From Methanobacteriota archaeon (GTDB taxonomy: Archaea > Thermoplasmatota > Poseidoniia > Poseidoniales > Thalassarchaeaceae), in contig PSPW01000001.1 in the NCBI GenBank assembly GCA_004195615.1, positions 210,881 to 274,880 of the forward strand: a stretch of 64,000 nucleotides of DNA. The letters are read 5' to 3'. A model generated the notes under the pieces. It worked only from the letters and a program-made list of their open reading frames with translations, ran no database searches and was not told the DNA's origin. Positions 30,280 to 40,939 of this stretch are shown piece after piece; the stretch's first letter is position 1; each line of letters opens with the position of its first letter. The position numbers were made by a program, and so were the translations under genes.

Positions 30280-30584
30280 AGGCAATACCTGCCGGAACCC
30301 ATCCACCGGGATCCGGAGGGGTTGCCAAGAATGCGATAGAAGTGCTTGAGGAGATTGGGATTGAGACAGGTGAACTTCATCCGAAATCAGTAGACTCAGT
30401 ATACCCCGGGGATTATGATGTGATAATCAGCATGGGATGCGGTGTTATTTGTCCTTCCCTACTCATAGACGAAGACTGGGGTTTGGAAGATCCTCATAGA
30501 GGGGAAAAGGAAGTGTACAGAAAAACACGAGACGAGATACGGGTACTGGTCTCTGAGCTCGTCGAGTCGAATACCGACGCTTAG
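30280..30584 (+). pseudogene. arsC: Truncated arsenate reductase / LMW protein-tyrosine-phosphatase family (ArsC) remnant lacking the catalytic CX5R P-loop
   Basis: The open frame encodes …NAIEVLEEIGIETGELHPKSVDSVYPGDYDVIISMGCGVICPSLLIDEDWGLEDP…RKTRDEIRVLVSELV. This aligns to the C-terminal two-thirds of ArsC/LMW-PTP. An in-frame stop lies immediately upstream, and no CTGNSCRS loop is present. Confidence 0.5.
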
Positions 30585-30613
30585 AAAAGCCAATCTGGTT
30601 TGCAAAAGACTAC

Positions 30614-30689
30614 GCGAGTGTAGTGTAGCGGTTATCACCCCACGTTGCCAACGTGGGAACCCGGGTTCAAATCCCGGCACTCGCACCAT
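30614..30689 (+). tRNA. tRNA-Gly (anticodon GCC), CCA encoded
   Basis: Hand-folded cloverleaf. Acceptor GCGAGUG/CACUCGC, D-arm with GG, anticodon stem CCACG/CGUGG with loop UUGCCAA, T-arm CCGGG-UUCAAAU-CCCGG, discriminator A, CCA. Confidence 0.8.
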
Positions 30690-30691
30690 TA

Positions 30692-33600
30692 CTACTCGAG
30701 TTCCGAGTTCCTGACGATGTGGACGAATGCACCCACCCCAATGGAAATCAGAGCAAACATGGAAACCAGAATTATCTCCGTGGAGTTGTCCGAAACCCAT
30801 GACTGGCCAGATGAACCAGACTCAGACTTGAGTATGGTGATATTATGCGACTGTTCGGAAACCGGAGTGGAGGATAGGAATACATCAGTTGCTCGAATCA
30901 TTAGGGACATCTCACCCTCGCTCAACGATGATCTGGCAGAAAATGAGAGGGAGAAAATTCCATCTTGAGCAACTCTGTCAGGACCACTTCCATCATCAAT
31001 CATCAGCAGCCATGATTCAGAGTTCCCAATTGGGGCTAATCGGCCAATCTTTGCTTGAGCCGATGATATGCCGTCATAATCTTGGATTGTAACCTCCATC
31101 GTATAATTCACCTGGCCGCCTGATTCCAAGGAGGTTATTTGAGCTACCTCAACACCATCCTTGAGGAAAGTCAGATTGGATATCAATGGGGGTTGGTTCC
31201 CGATTAGGACCTTCTCAGCCTGATGGCCGAGGATGCTAGAATGGACACTCCCAATTAGAGTAGTTGAGATGGAAGCTCCATCCTGATCTTCGAGAAGAAT
31301 CGGGATATTCTGCCTCCCAGGAGACATGCTCGGAGGGACTTCAAAGATACCGAACCACGTCTCTATCGTATCAGTCCGTTGCTCGCCTGCAAGCTGCCAA
31401 TTCCAGTCCTCCTGTCCAGTATGATTCAATGGGACCAGGGTACCTCCCATTGACTGCAAGTTAACTGATACTGACTTGATCCCATGGCCATCGTACGCCC
31501 CTAGGTTTACTTCGATCTTCTTGCCCCTGAATGTGCTATCCGGTGAGAAGTCGACGTGCAGCACTCTGGGGGGAGTGTTTGCTACCCATATGCTGGCTTC
31601 CTGCTGAATAGATACCCAGTAATCCTCCATTATGACGGAGATTGGGAGGTCTCCGTTCTGAAGCCCGTTGTGGACAATTCGAGCTGTCCAAACGTCATCG
31701 TGAATCACCTGGTCCCCCTGCAAACCGGAATCGGAAAGGTCAACGATGCCGAGACCTACTGAGGACAGGTCTACGCTAACCGACTTGGTATCCGTGTCGA
31801 CATCGTTCACCAATACTTCGAGGTGTGCCACCCCTCCCTCGGTTGATAGGGAGGATTCACGGAACCTTACCGAGGAGCCCGGGCCCTCTGAGAGTGAAGG
31901 GGGCGTGTTCTCATCAAATGTGACTATCGATGGGGAAAGGATCCTATCCATTCTCTGGTTCTCGATGAATGAGACTTCCGAGTTTTCTCCGACATCTATG
32001 CTGACTAGCCTGTTAATTTCGTTCAGAAGTCCTGATAGGGGGCCTTCGTTGATGATGCTTCCATTTGCCGAACTCATGTCTCCGAAGGATCCTTCCCATT
32101 CAGCCACCGAAACTTCGTGTCCATCTATCGAATAGATGTTGCTTCCGGATACGGTTACGTCCAGGATCATAGCCGCGTTTCCAACCAAGGGGAAAGAGTC
32201 GCCGATGGATAGAATCTGGGGGCATACCCCTGTCTCCCGAGAGATGTGATTGGAGAAAAACGAACTGGACTCCGGGGCTTCGGGATTCTGAATTATCGGA
32301 GAGTTTTCGGGAAATTCGTCCTCCGTAGAACCATTGTCTTCTACGAATGTATAGCGAATTGTTCGGTTTAGCCAGTCATCCTGAGGGACTACGTACTCGT
32401 ATGTCAGATTGTGCTCTGCCTCCCACTCCTGATCAATTGGCCCAAAAGGAGTAGCAGAGACATTGAACCAGAACTCGTTCCTGATTTTGTCGGCCTCGAA
32501 GGGAGTTCCGGTTGCATTCTCGTAGACTCCGGATTCAATAATCTGGCGCACTAAACCAAAGGACCCCTCTGCATCCCCATCATATGTTCCATCGACAATA
32601 ATTGTGTCGGAAACCGTTTCTCCGCCCTCTGATTGGAAGTGAATCAAGGGTATCGTCCCGTTGACTTCTATGTACGGCGACTCCTCGGAAGCAATGAAAT
32701 CGAACTGTCCGCTTCCGAATATCCTTGAGTACTGATCCGTTCGAATACCCTCTTCCCATTTCTCTCTGAAAATGAGTTCGTCGAGTTCGAATGAGAAGAA
32801 ATCTCCTGCGACGGAAATTCTTGCTGTGGCATTCGCCTCCACCTGGAGATCCTGTAACCTGCGGAATCCGTCCTCGTCCCATATCTCAAAGTACAGCAAG
32901 AAGACCTCGCCGTAAACCCCGCCTGAGCTCTCGTTATCCCCCTCGTTGATCGAAATCCACCCGTCCCCCTCGAACATCATCCTCTCAGTGACTTTGCCAT
33001 CTTGGTACGATCTGAGGACGTAAGCTTCGTTTACATCGGCATTGATGGTCGCTCCCTCACCACCGTCAGCAGTATTGATGACAAGACCTCCCGAACCCAT
33101 CATCTCGAAATCCTGTCTCATCAGTTCTGTCCCATCGTACGACTCATTGAGCCAAATCCTATCCAGCTCAAGATCAATCACTGCACCTTCTGATTCATTT
33201 GACATGTCGAGTAAAAGAGTCCCATTTCCAAGCTCGTTTGACTCCAATATGCTACCTGTTCTCTTCTGCCAACCTCGTCCGTCAAAGGTGATTCCTTGTT
33301 CGTTCCCTTCCATTCCGGATAAGGACCAATGAGTCTCCCTAGTGATCTCGTGATCAGATATTGGTTGGTTCCAATTTGTGATATTTAGGGATCGGCTGCA
33401 AGAAGATTCGGTAGATTGGACGGATATTGAAATCGAGTCCCCGAATTGTGGTTTTTCTTCTAGGATAATGTCTATTTCCCCACCGGCGACAAAGACAGAG
33501 GTGTTTACTACCGAAATCTCCGATTCCCCCCTGAAGTGATGTATGGTAGCATTGACGTCTGTTGGGGATGAACCATTGGAGAAAGGTGGATCGAAAACTA

Positions 33601-33814
33601 CCCTATATCTGTGAATCAACGAGATTTCTGAGCCGCCTTCATCGGACCACTGCCACTGCTGATCCCAATCAGCGAGTATTTCGCAACTTGTTGGCTGGTT
33701 CTCTTGGGCTAAGGCAAGAGAAGATGGTATGCACATAGCCAGAATGGATAGCACGGCAAATACCGACAATCCTCTGGCCATGAACGGCTCCGTACGCCGG
33801 GGCATTTCAAACAA
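30692..33814 (-). CDS. Large (1040 aa) secreted acidic surface protein with C-terminal transmembrane anchor
   Basis: N-terminal signal peptide (LSVFAVLSILAMCIPSSLALA). Ser/Thr/Asp/Asn-rich beta-rich body. C-terminal hydrophobic helix ILVSMFALISIGVGAFVHIV plus short basic tail. Confidence 0.6.
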   Translation of the reverse strand: MFEMPRRTEPFMARGLSVFAVLSILAMCIPSSLALAQENQPTSCEILADWDQQWQWSDEGGSEISLIHRYRVVFDPPFSNGSSPTDVNATIHHFRGESEISVVNTSVFVAGGEIDIILEEKPQFGDSISISVQSTESSCSRSLNITNWNQPISDHEITRETHWSLSGMEGNEQGITFDGRGWQKRTGSILESNELGNGTLLLDMSNESEGAVIDLELDRIWLNESYDGTELMRQDFEMMGSGGLVINTADGGEGATINADVNEAYVLRSYQDGKVTERMMFEGDGWISINEGDNESSGGVYGEVFLLYFEIWDEDGFRRLQDLQVEANATARISVAGDFFSFELDELIFREKWEEGIRTDQYSRIFGSGQFDFIASEESPYIEVNGTIPLIHFQSEGGETVSDTIIVDGTYDGDAEGSFGLVRQIIESGVYENATGTPFEADKIRNEFWFNVSATPFGPIDQEWEAEHNLTYEYVVPQDDWLNRTIRYTFVEDNGSTEDEFPENSPIIQNPEAPESSSFFSNHISRETGVCPQILSIGDSFPLVGNAAMILDVTVSGSNIYSIDGHEVSVAEWEGSFGDMSSANGSIINEGPLSGLLNEINRLVSIDVGENSEVSFIENQRMDRILSPSIVTFDENTPPSLSEGPGSSVRFRESSLSTEGGVAHLEVLVNDVDTDTKSVSVDLSSVGLGIVDLSDSGLQGDQVIHDDVWTARIVHNGLQNGDLPISVIMEDYWVSIQQEASIWVANTPPRVLHVDFSPDSTFRGKKIEVNLGAYDGHGIKSVSVNLQSMGGTLVPLNHTGQEDWNWQLAGEQRTDTIETWFGIFEVPPSMSPGRQNIPILLEDQDGASISTTLIGSVHSSILGHQAEKVLIGNQPPLISNLTFLKDGVEVAQITSLESGGQVNYTMEVTIQDYDGISSAQAKIGRLAPIGNSESWLLMIDDGSGPDRVAQDGIFSLSFSARSSLSEGEMSLMIRATDVFLSSTPVSEQSHNITILKSESGSSGQSWVSDNSTEIILVSMFALISIGVGAFVHIVRNSELE

Positions 33815-33838
33815 TTCCCGACATGCTGATTCGGATTA

Positions 33839-34267
33839 CTAGAACAGGGGCTCTTCGTAGTCGTCATCGACCCCTGACCTCTCTCTCCAGAGACCGGCGG
33901 GCATCCCGTCATAGATGTCAGCATAGGGGTCATCGTCACCCTTGTTCTTCTCATTCTGAATCGCCAGATTTGCGAAATTCTCCGCATTTGGTTTAAATTT
34001 CCAATAATGAATTCGCCATTCTCTCCCATCCCAAAGAGTGGTCTCCTCTGACTCAGTTGTAAGCAGGTCATAGTCCTGCAATTGGTAGAACATGTTTCTA
34101 TCCGTTGGTTCGAGAGCATTATCGATGATTCTATTGGAGAAGCCGAAGAAACCCAAAGCGTGCTCCGCGATAGACTCCGCCACATGAGTCTCCATGCTGG
34201 TGTCTACCTTGCTCTTGATTGCATGAGTTAGTTGCGCCAAGGTCAGTCCCATCTTCCCACCGGACAT
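33839..34267 (-). CDS. Hypothetical acidic cytoplasmic protein
   Basis: 142-aa ORF in coding-dense context. No motif recognised. Confidence 0.35.
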   Translation of the reverse strand: MSGGKMGLTLAQLTHAIKSKVDTSMETHVAESIAEHALGFFGFSNRIIDNALEPTDRNMFYQLQDYDLLTTESEETTLWDGREWRIHYWKFKPNAENFANLAIQNEKNKGDDDPYADIYDGMPAGLWRERSGVDDDYEEPLF

Positions 34268-34367
34268 CGTTAGATGCCGAGGTTATATCAAACATCTTGC
34301 TAATTGCTCTGATTCTCTGGTCCAGATCACCCGAAGCGGTTAATCTTAGTGCGCTTCTCGAATACTC

Positions 34368-35303
34368 ATGAAAGGGTCCGATTCCACCACTTTCCTAGGC
34401 CTCAAGGAATCTGATTCTGGACCATGGGACATCGTGATCTTGCAAATTCCTCTGGAGATGACTTCCAGCTATGGAGAGGGGACCCAGCATGGTCCCAAGG
34501 CATGTATTGAGGCTAGCTCCCAGGTCGAGCTCCATGACCCCATACTGTCGGAGGAGCTCCCGTGCGGAGCGATGATTCATACTGCAGAGCCCTGGACATC
34601 AGATGCTCCTAGCCTAAGGGAACAGTTGGACTCAATCAGGGAGTATGTCAGAGCATGGGTAGTTGGCGACCAATTCCCCTTAGCTCTTGGAGGGGAGCAT
34701 GGCATCCTTCTTCCAATTGTGGAATCGCTTTCCGATCATCACCTGTTATCTAATCTCTCAGAGCTTACGATCATACAGGTTGATGCTCATGCAGACTTGA
34801 GGGACGAGTTGAACGGTGAGAGGTTCTCACATGGAACCGTAATCCGTAGGGCTCTTGATCTAGGAGTGGGGAAAGTGATCCAGATTGGAGTCAGAGCTTT
34901 CAGCCTCGAGGAGGAAGTCTTGATGGAGTCCGAAGAAAGGGTTCAGACGTGGTTTGCAAAGGATCTCCTTGCCGTCTCTGATGGCAATTCAGAGTGGAAG
35001 AGGATGATAAGCAGTCTTGCAGAGATAACAGGACCGGTTTGGCTGACCTTCGATGTGGATGGTTTGGATGGTTCCTTGGTCCCATCAACGGGGACCCCCG
35101 TTCCTGGTGGATTGAGTCACTGGGGCTCGGTTGAAGTTATCGAGAGGCTTTTCTCATCGGAGAAATGCGAATTAATCGGAGCTGATATCAACGAGATTGT
35201 CCCTGGCACAGAGGGAAACCTGACCCAGTTCAGCGCAGCATTGATTGCTACAAAGATAGTATCCTGCTACATCGCTAATTCTTTGAACGGAAAGGGAGAA
35301 TGA
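34368..35303 (+). CDS. speB: Agmatinase/ureohydrolase (arginase family)
   Basis: LGGEHGI, DAHADL, and SFDVDGLDGSLVPSTGTPVPGGLS Mn-binding motifs of the arginase fold. Confidence 0.75.
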   Translation: MKGSDSTTFLGLKESDSGPWDIVILQIPLEMTSSYGEGTQHGPKACIEASSQVELHDPILSEELPCGAMIHTAEPWTSDAPSLREQLDSIREYVRAWVVGDQFPLALGGEHGILLPIVESLSDHHLLSNLSELTIIQVDAHADLRDELNGERFSHGTVIRRALDLGVGKVIQIGVRAFSLEEEVLMESEERVQTWFAKDLLAVSDGNSEWKRMISSLAEITGPVWLTFDVDGLDGSLVPSTGTPVPGGLSHWGSVEVIERLFSSEKCELIGADINEIVPGTEGNLTQFSAALIATKIVSCYIANSLNGKGE

Positions 35304-35331
35304 TTGTAGCGTATGACGCTAGAGCGGCGCT

Positions 35332-36744
35332 ATGCACCGCTTACTAGTTGCCTTAGTCCTTGCTTCGTTGACCGTTGCATCGGCATCTCCAATGGTTGCT
35401 GCCCAGGTGGGTCAGCCAGACATTGTTCAGGAGCATTGGTACCACTCATATGCCACACTCACACTTGATGTGAACGAATGGGCAGACGATTATCCAGAGA
35501 TTGTGGATTTGATCGTTGCAGGTCAAACCGAGCTTGGCAGGAACCTCTGGATCCTGCGGATTTCAGACTGGAGTGAGGAGAACAAGCCCGATGGGACGGA
35601 GAAAGACGTGGTGTACATCGATGGAGGTCATCATGGAAATGAGCATCTGGGCACTGAGCTTGCATTCCTGACTGCTGAGTTCTACATCGAAGGATGGGCA
35701 GCAGAGGATCAGGAAGTAATTGATGTGCTTACTACTACGGAACTGCACATTCTAATTATGCTCAATGCGGATGGGAACGACATTGACACGCGTTGGAATA
35801 TCAACCAAGTAGACTTGAATCGGAATTATGACCATTACTGGAATAACTGCCCCCCGAATAATCCTACTCAGCCAGGAAGTGGCCCTTTCAGTGAGTCTGA
35901 AACGCTTGCAAATTCCATCTACATGAACACAGTTGTCCCAGATGCCGACCTATACGTCACGATGCATACTGGGGTCTGGATAATGTTGTACCCATGGGGG
36001 AGATGGCCAGAACAACCATCGGACTGGGAACTTTTTCATTTCATCAGAGATGACGTCAATTCAAACATCTCAGAAATCCCAATTCGCAATGCGAATCAGG
36101 GCCTGTATCCGAACTGTGGAACGAGTCGTGACTATGGGTACGGTGTGATGGGTTTTCCCACTTTTACCTTCGAGACCGATGACGAGCAGTGGTTGCTGGG
36201 AACCATGGAGGCATTGTCAGATAGGCTTGGAGAAGAATTGGACGTGATGAAGTACCTAATAGAGAATATCTGGTATTGGAGAGCTCGGCTTGTTGTCGAT
36301 TCACTGATAGTGGATAATAGGGAAGTGCATGTCGACGTATCCAACCTAGGACGAGCTAGTACGGCGAATGCCACTCTGACCTACGTAACGGAAGAAGGGG
36401 AAACTTGGCTACCGAGTGGGTCTGATCCTGAAGACTCACCTTGCGATAGTGAGAAAACGGGATACAACTACTCCTCCCCTGGATGCGGTTTTGGAGTGAA
36501 TGCCACGAATAGTACCAAGGTCACTCTTGATTTCGGAAACGCACCCATTTCTAGTACCAAGGGGCAGTTCTTCCTATTCTACCAGAAGAGGGTTATCGAT
36601 GCGTCGACTTGGGTTTCAGAGCCAGTGAACGATTCGATGATTGAATTTGACAGTCGGGTCGAGAGAGCACTGTCCTCTCCGTCCGTATTTCTCACCATAA
36701 TCTGTGTTTTCCTAGCTGCATTAAGGAATAGAAAAGAGGACTAG
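35332..36744 (+). CDS. Secreted, membrane-anchored M14 zinc carboxypeptidase
   Basis: Signal peptide. Zn-binding DGGHHGNEHLGTE (HxxE). C-terminal hydrophobic anchor VFLTIICVFLAAL. Confidence 0.7.
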   Translation: MHRLLVALVLASLTVASASPMVAAQVGQPDIVQEHWYHSYATLTLDVNEWADDYPEIVDLIVAGQTELGRNLWILRISDWSEENKPDGTEKDVVYIDGGHHGNEHLGTELAFLTAEFYIEGWAAEDQEVIDVLTTTELHILIMLNADGNDIDTRWNINQVDLNRNYDHYWNNCPPNNPTQPGSGPFSESETLANSIYMNTVVPDADLYVTMHTGVWIMLYPWGRWPEQPSDWELFHFIRDDVNSNISEIPIRNANQGLYPNCGTSRDYGYGVMGFPTFTFETDDEQWLLGTMEALSDRLGEELDVMKYLIENIWYWRARLVVDSLIVDNREVHVDVSNLGRASTANATLTYVTEEGETWLPSGSDPEDSPCDSEKTGYNYSSPGCGFGVNATNSTKVTLDFGNAPISSTKGQFFLFYQKRVIDASTWVSEPVNDSMIEFDSRVERALSSPSVFLTIICVFLAALRNRKED

Positions 36745-36766
36745 CTTCGCTAATTCTTATTCTGCT

Positions 36767-36800
36767 CTGAAATGGTGATTTTTCAGTGGAATTGTTTGTA
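36767..36800 (+). terminator. Hairpin (CTGAAA-tggtgatt-TTTCAG) followed by a T-rich tract downstream of the carboxypeptidase gene
   Basis: Inverted repeat read directly from the sequence. Archaeal terminators are typically oligo-T tracts, sometimes preceded by hairpins. Confidence 0.3.
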
Positions 36801-36833
36801 AACTGACCACTAATCGGACAGTTTGGTCTATTT

Positions 36834-38357
36834 ATGAAAATAAGCAATGGTGAATTTACGGAATTGGGGACGCAGTTAGTTCTCCCCTTCTTCGAAGGAA
36901 GCGACAAGCCGCCAAACAACTCCCTCAGTGGTCTTAGCAGAAGTCAGAGGGGCCTCGTCAGGGATGCACTGGCCTCCGGGAGCTTCGATGGCAAGAAGGG
37001 CAAGAGGATGACGTTGTGGACACCGGGTTGCAACATTATCCTGGTTGGGATGGGGGCCAAGAAATCACTAGGCCACAAGAGGTCAAGGAACACAGGTGCG
37101 AGGTTGATTGCATCCATGTCCAAGAAGAAAGGCCTTGATGTCACGGTCAGATTCACTTCCGGCTGGTCTTCCAAGCGAATGATAGACTTCGCAGAGGGGA
37201 TGATGCTCCGTGACTACGAATTCCTCTCGCACCAGGAGATCCCAGAGGACCACATCGGAGACCATTGGAGAGTCGAGTTCCAAGCTAGCAGCAGGCATCG
37301 GGAGAGTCTCTCAGAAGGCCTTAGCATCACTCACTCGGTCGTTGGAGGGGTTCACCTGGCACGAGACCTGGGCAACGAGCCAGCCAACGTCCTCTACCCT
37401 ATGGAGTATGCCAGAAGGGCTGTGGAATGGTCCAAGGGGAAGGCCAACGTAGAGGTCGAGATATACGACTGGGACAAACTGCAGGAACTGGGGATGGGTG
37501 GCCTCATCAACGTAGGCAAGGGCAGTGAGAGAAAGCCATGCATGGTTCTCTTCACGTTGAATCCAGATTCCGATGAAGGGATTCAGAGACCCTGCATCGT
37601 TGGAAAGGGGATTACTTTCGACACAGGAGGAATCTCGATCAAGCCAACCGGAGGGATGTGGGACATGAAGTACGACATGTGTGGTGCTGCGACGGTCTTC
37701 GGATTGATGGCCGCTCTCCAATCGACTAGTTATGAGAGGAGAGTGAACGGTATTGCCTGTCTCGCTGAGAACATGCCAGGTTCTGGAGCCTATCGACCGG
37801 GCGACGTTTTCAAAACATACTCCGGGAAGACAATCGAGGTCTTCAGTACCGATGCCGAAGGGAGAAATGTGCTTTCCGATGGACTATGGAAGGCCGGCGA
37901 GATGGACCCGGAGTACATCGTAGACCTAGCGACTCTGACGGGTGCCGTGGTGACTGCCCTGGGGAATCAAATCTCTGGCATGTGGGCAAACGAAGAGGGG
38001 ATTGCCGAGCGACTCAAGGCCGCTTCTATGAGAAGCGGGGAGCCTGTCTGGAGGATGCCTCTGAATGCGCAATTCCGCAAATACATGACTGATTCTGCCT
38101 TTGCCGATATCAGAAACGGTTCGATAGGGGGTCGTGCTGGATCTTCGAACACAGCCGCTTCATTCCTCGAGTTCTTCGTCCCCCACAGGGGGTTCGATGA
38201 AGAAGCTGAGAAGATTCCGTGGGTGCACCTGGACATTGCAGGGACGGCTTGGGGTCCTGGTTCCAAGGCTCGATCTGAGGGGGCAAATCCACTCTTCCAG
38301 TACGGTACTTCTGGAGTTCATGTGAGAACTCTGCACAGGCTTATCACCGAAGAGTGA
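36834..38357 (+). CDS. pepA: Leucyl aminopeptidase (M17 family)
   Basis: VGKGITFDTGG and VFSTDAEGRNVL (NTDAEGRL signature). Length 507 aa. Confidence 0.8.
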   Translation: MKISNGEFTELGTQLVLPFFEGSDKPPNNSLSGLSRSQRGLVRDALASGSFDGKKGKRMTLWTPGCNIILVGMGAKKSLGHKRSRNTGARLIASMSKKKGLDVTVRFTSGWSSKRMIDFAEGMMLRDYEFLSHQEIPEDHIGDHWRVEFQASSRHRESLSEGLSITHSVVGGVHLARDLGNEPANVLYPMEYARRAVEWSKGKANVEVEIYDWDKLQELGMGGLINVGKGSERKPCMVLFTLNPDSDEGIQRPCIVGKGITFDTGGISIKPTGGMWDMKYDMCGAATVFGLMAALQSTSYERRVNGIACLAENMPGSGAYRPGDVFKTYSGKTIEVFSTDAEGRNVLSDGLWKAGEMDPEYIVDLATLTGAVVTALGNQISGMWANEEGIAERLKAASMRSGEPVWRMPLNAQFRKYMTDSAFADIRNGSIGGRAGSSNTAASFLEFFVPHRGFDEEAEKIPWVHLDIAGTAWGPGSKARSEGANPLFQYGTSGVHVRTLHRLITEE

Positions 38358-40259
38358 TTAGTCTTGGTCCTCTTCTGAGTCAACGACTTCGAAGTCGGCG
38401 TCGACAACCCCATCGTCTCCGCCCTCTTCCTTATCCTCGGCCATCTCGGCGGCAGCTGCTTCGTAGAGCTTGGTAGAAATTGCGTGCATCGACTGCTCCA
38501 ATTCGGCCATCTTTGCCTGGATTGCAGCCTCATCGATATCCTCCAATGAGATTGGAGTCTCGTCCTTGACTATCAGAGACTCGAGTTCATCTAGCTTCTC
38601 AAGGACTGGCTTGATATCGTCCTTTGAGAGTTTCTCCTCGTTTTCATCAATCATCTTCCTTGTCTGGTAGACTATGCTGTCTGCTGAATTCCTCATCTCT
38701 ACCTTTGACTTTCTCCTCTTGTCCTCGTCAGCGAACTTCTCAGCATCCTCAATCTTCTGCTTAATCTCATCCTCTGACAGAGAGGTCTGGCTCTCTATCT
38801 TGATCGATTGCTCCGTCCCTGTTCCAAGATCCTTAGCAGAGACATTGACGATCCCGTTCGCATCGATATCGAATGTCACCTCAATCTGAGGAATACCGCG
38901 TGGAGCTGCTGGGATTCCCATCAAGTGGAATCTCCCGAGAGTGATGTTGTCCTTAGCGAACTCCCTCTCCCCCTGCAATACGTGAATCTCGACTGCTGGC
39001 TGGTTGTCTGCAGCGGTAGAGAATGTCTCGGATCTCTTTGAGGGGATGGTGGTGTTCCTCTCGATCATAGTAGTGGTAACGCCACCAAGTGTCTCAATAC
39101 CCAATGTGAGAGGTGTCACGTCGAGTAGGAGAACATCGGTAACGCCCTCGTCACCGACAATGATTCCTGCCTGGAGCGCGGCACCCATAGCAACCGCCTC
39201 ATCGGGGTTAATTCCCTTGAACGGAGCCTTGCCGACCTCCTTCTCGATGGCTTGCTGTACTGCTGGGCCTCTGGTTGAGCCTCCGACAAGCAAGACCTTG
39301 TCCACGTCACCCTTCTTTATGCTTGCATCCTTCATGGCCTGGCGAGTCGGTGACATCGTCCTCTCGACCAAGGAGGAGGTTAGCTTCTCAAACTTTGAGC
39401 GGGAAAGTGACATGTCAAGATGCTCTGGCTGACCGTCCCTCATGGTTATGAATGGTAGATTAATCTGGGTTGATGGTGTTCCGGAAAGCTCGATCTTCGC
39501 CTTCTCTGCTGCCTCACGTATCCGGCTGATGGCCTGCAGATCCTTCTCGAGATCGATACCAGTCGTCTTCTTGAACTCGGAGACTATCCAGCCCATTACA
39601 GCCTCGTCGAAGTCATCTCCACCGAGCCTGTTGTCGCCGCTGGTTGCTTTGACTTCGATCTGTGGTTGACCATCGACTTGGTAGATCTCCAGGATGGACA
39701 CATCGAAGGTCCCCCCGCCAAGATCGTATACAAGAATGGTCTGATCCTCCTCCTTGTCCACACCATAGGCTAGTGCAGCGGCGGTTGGTTCGTTGATTAT
39801 TCTTAGAACCTCTAGTCCTGCTATTCTTCCAGCGTCCTTTGTAGCCTTCCTCTGAGAGTCAGAAAAGTAGGCAGGACAAGTCACTACTGCTTGTTTCACC
39901 TCTGTGCCGAGGTACTCTTCGGCATCGGCCTTCAACTTCTGGAGAATGAATGCAGAAACCTCCTGGGGAGAATAATTGTCTTCATCTATATCCTTAGTCC
40001 AATCTGTGCCCATCTCTCTCTTTACCGAGATGATTGTTCTCTCAGAGTTGGTTACTGCCTGTCTCTTGGCGGTAACGCCCACCAGGCGCTCCCCTTCCTT
40101 GGTGAATGCCACTACGCTGGGCGTAGTCCTAGAGCCTTCAGAGTTGGGAATGACTACTGCCTTCCCCCCTTCTATTGTCGCTACGCAACTGTTTGTCGTT
40201 CCTAGGTCAATTCCTATTACTGCAGATCCCATTTCCATTTCTCCTATTCTGTGTTCCAA
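38358..40259 (-). CDS. dnaK: Chaperone DnaK (Hsp70)
   Basis: [21 protein letters not shown], and VLLVGGSTR Hsp70 signatures. 633 aa with acidic C-terminus. Confidence 0.95.
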   Translation of the reverse strand: MEHRIGEMEMGSAVIGIDLGTTNSCVATIEGGKAVVIPNSEGSRTTPSVVAFTKEGERLVGVTAKRQAVTNSERTIISVKREMGTDWTKDIDEDNYSPQEVSAFILQKLKADAEEYLGTEVKQAVVTCPAYFSDSQRKATKDAGRIAGLEVLRIINEPTAAALAYGVDKEEDQTILVYDLGGGTFDVSILEIYQVDGQPQIEVKATSGDNRLGGDDFDEAVMGWIVSEFKKTTGIDLEKDLQAISRIREAAEKAKIELSGTPSTQINLPFITMRDGQPEHLDMSLSRSKFEKLTSSLVERTMSPTRQAMKDASIKKGDVDKVLLVGGSTRGPAVQQAIEKEVGKAPFKGINPDEAVAMGAALQAGIIVGDEGVTDVLLLDVTPLTLGIETLGGVTTTMIERNTTIPSKRSETFSTAADNQPAVEIHVLQGEREFAKDNITLGRFHLMGIPAAPRGIPQIEVTFDIDANGIVNVSAKDLGTGTEQSIKIESQTSLSEDEIKQKIEDAEKFADEDKRRKSKVEMRNSADSIVYQTRKMIDENEEKLSKDDIKPVLEKLDELESLIVKDETPISLEDIDEAAIQAKMAELEQSMHAISTKLYEAAAAEMAEDKEEGGDDGVVDADFEVVDSEEDQD

Positions 40260-40879
40260 ACTACTTTCAGTTCGAATGTGATGTCAAGAATACCGTTGTT
40301 AATCTCCCATTGGAAATCCCCTGATGATGCATTAGGGAGTACGAATGTTCTGAATGGCCTAATCTGATTGGTTCTAAGCATCTGTAGCACCTCCCCTTCT
40401 CCAGTGAGGCTCAACTCAAGGTTATCGGGACCGATGTCATCGTACTTGGAAACGTCGATGGTCACGAACATCTGATTATCTTGGACGTACACGTCTTCCT
40501 CGGGAATTGAGTCATCTTTCGATGTGTGCTGGCCTTCGTCTACATCGACTCTGACCTCAGATATCGAGGGTTTGATGTGAATATCTACGCCCATCTTCTT
40601 CAGAAACTCACCGAGCCCATGAGGTCCACTTAGCATAGATTCGAAGTTCTTCATGAGTTCCTCTGGGTTAGAGTTTAGCCCTAATTTGACTTCACTCATG
40701 GACACCTTCTCCGGATCGATGCCCATTTCCTCGAATTGGCTTCTGACTTGTTTGATCATTGTTTTCAGGGTTTTTACGTCGATTGGCATGCCCATTTGTT
40801 CGAACATTCTGGCCATCTCCTCCATGGATTCCTCGTCGAAATCGTCCCAATTTTCTCCAGTCATAATATCACTAGTCAA
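40244..40879 (-). CDS. Hsp20/alpha-crystallin-like domain protein with Met/Glu-rich N-terminal extension
   Basis: The C-terminal ~90 aa (…[29 protein letters not shown]…[33 protein letters not shown]) match the small-HSP ACD pattern (F.R.F.LP….A…NGvL.I). Overlaps the dnaK start by 16 nt. Confidence 0.5.
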   Translation of the reverse strand: MTSDIMTGENWDDFDEESMEEMARMFEQMGMPIDVKTLKTMIKQVRSQFEEMGIDPEKVSMSEVKLGLNSNPEELMKNFESMLSGPHGLGEFLKKMGVDIHIKPSISEVRVDVDEGQHTSKDDSIPEEDVYVQDNQMFVTIDVSKYDDIGPDNLELSLTGEGEVLQMLRTNQIRPFRTFVLPNASSGDFQWEINNGILDITFELKVVWNTE

Positions 40880-40939
40880 CCTTTAGTTGTATAGTGCGAT
40901 GGATGGGTGGTATTTGAATGAAACGGATATCCCTCGACG

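Noticed and set aside
30342-30584. Treating the 80-aa ORF as an intact small gene (arsenate reductase)
   Set aside because: Alignment logic shows it corresponds only to the C-terminal part of ArsC/LMW-PTP. The upstream in-frame extension lacks the essential CX5R phosphate-binding loop, so it is better called a remnant/pseudogene.
30614-36000. Possible integrated mobile element downstream of tRNA-Gly
   Set aside because: No integrase, recombinase, transposase, phage structural genes or direct repeat of the tRNA 3' end were found. Downstream genes are a surface protein, agmatinase and peptidases.
36745-36833. Possible box C/D sRNA in the carboxypeptidase–pepA intergenic region
   Set aside because: No convincing C (RUGAUGA) and D (CUGA) box pair with terminal stem was found. 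The hairpin plus T-tract is more simply a terminator.
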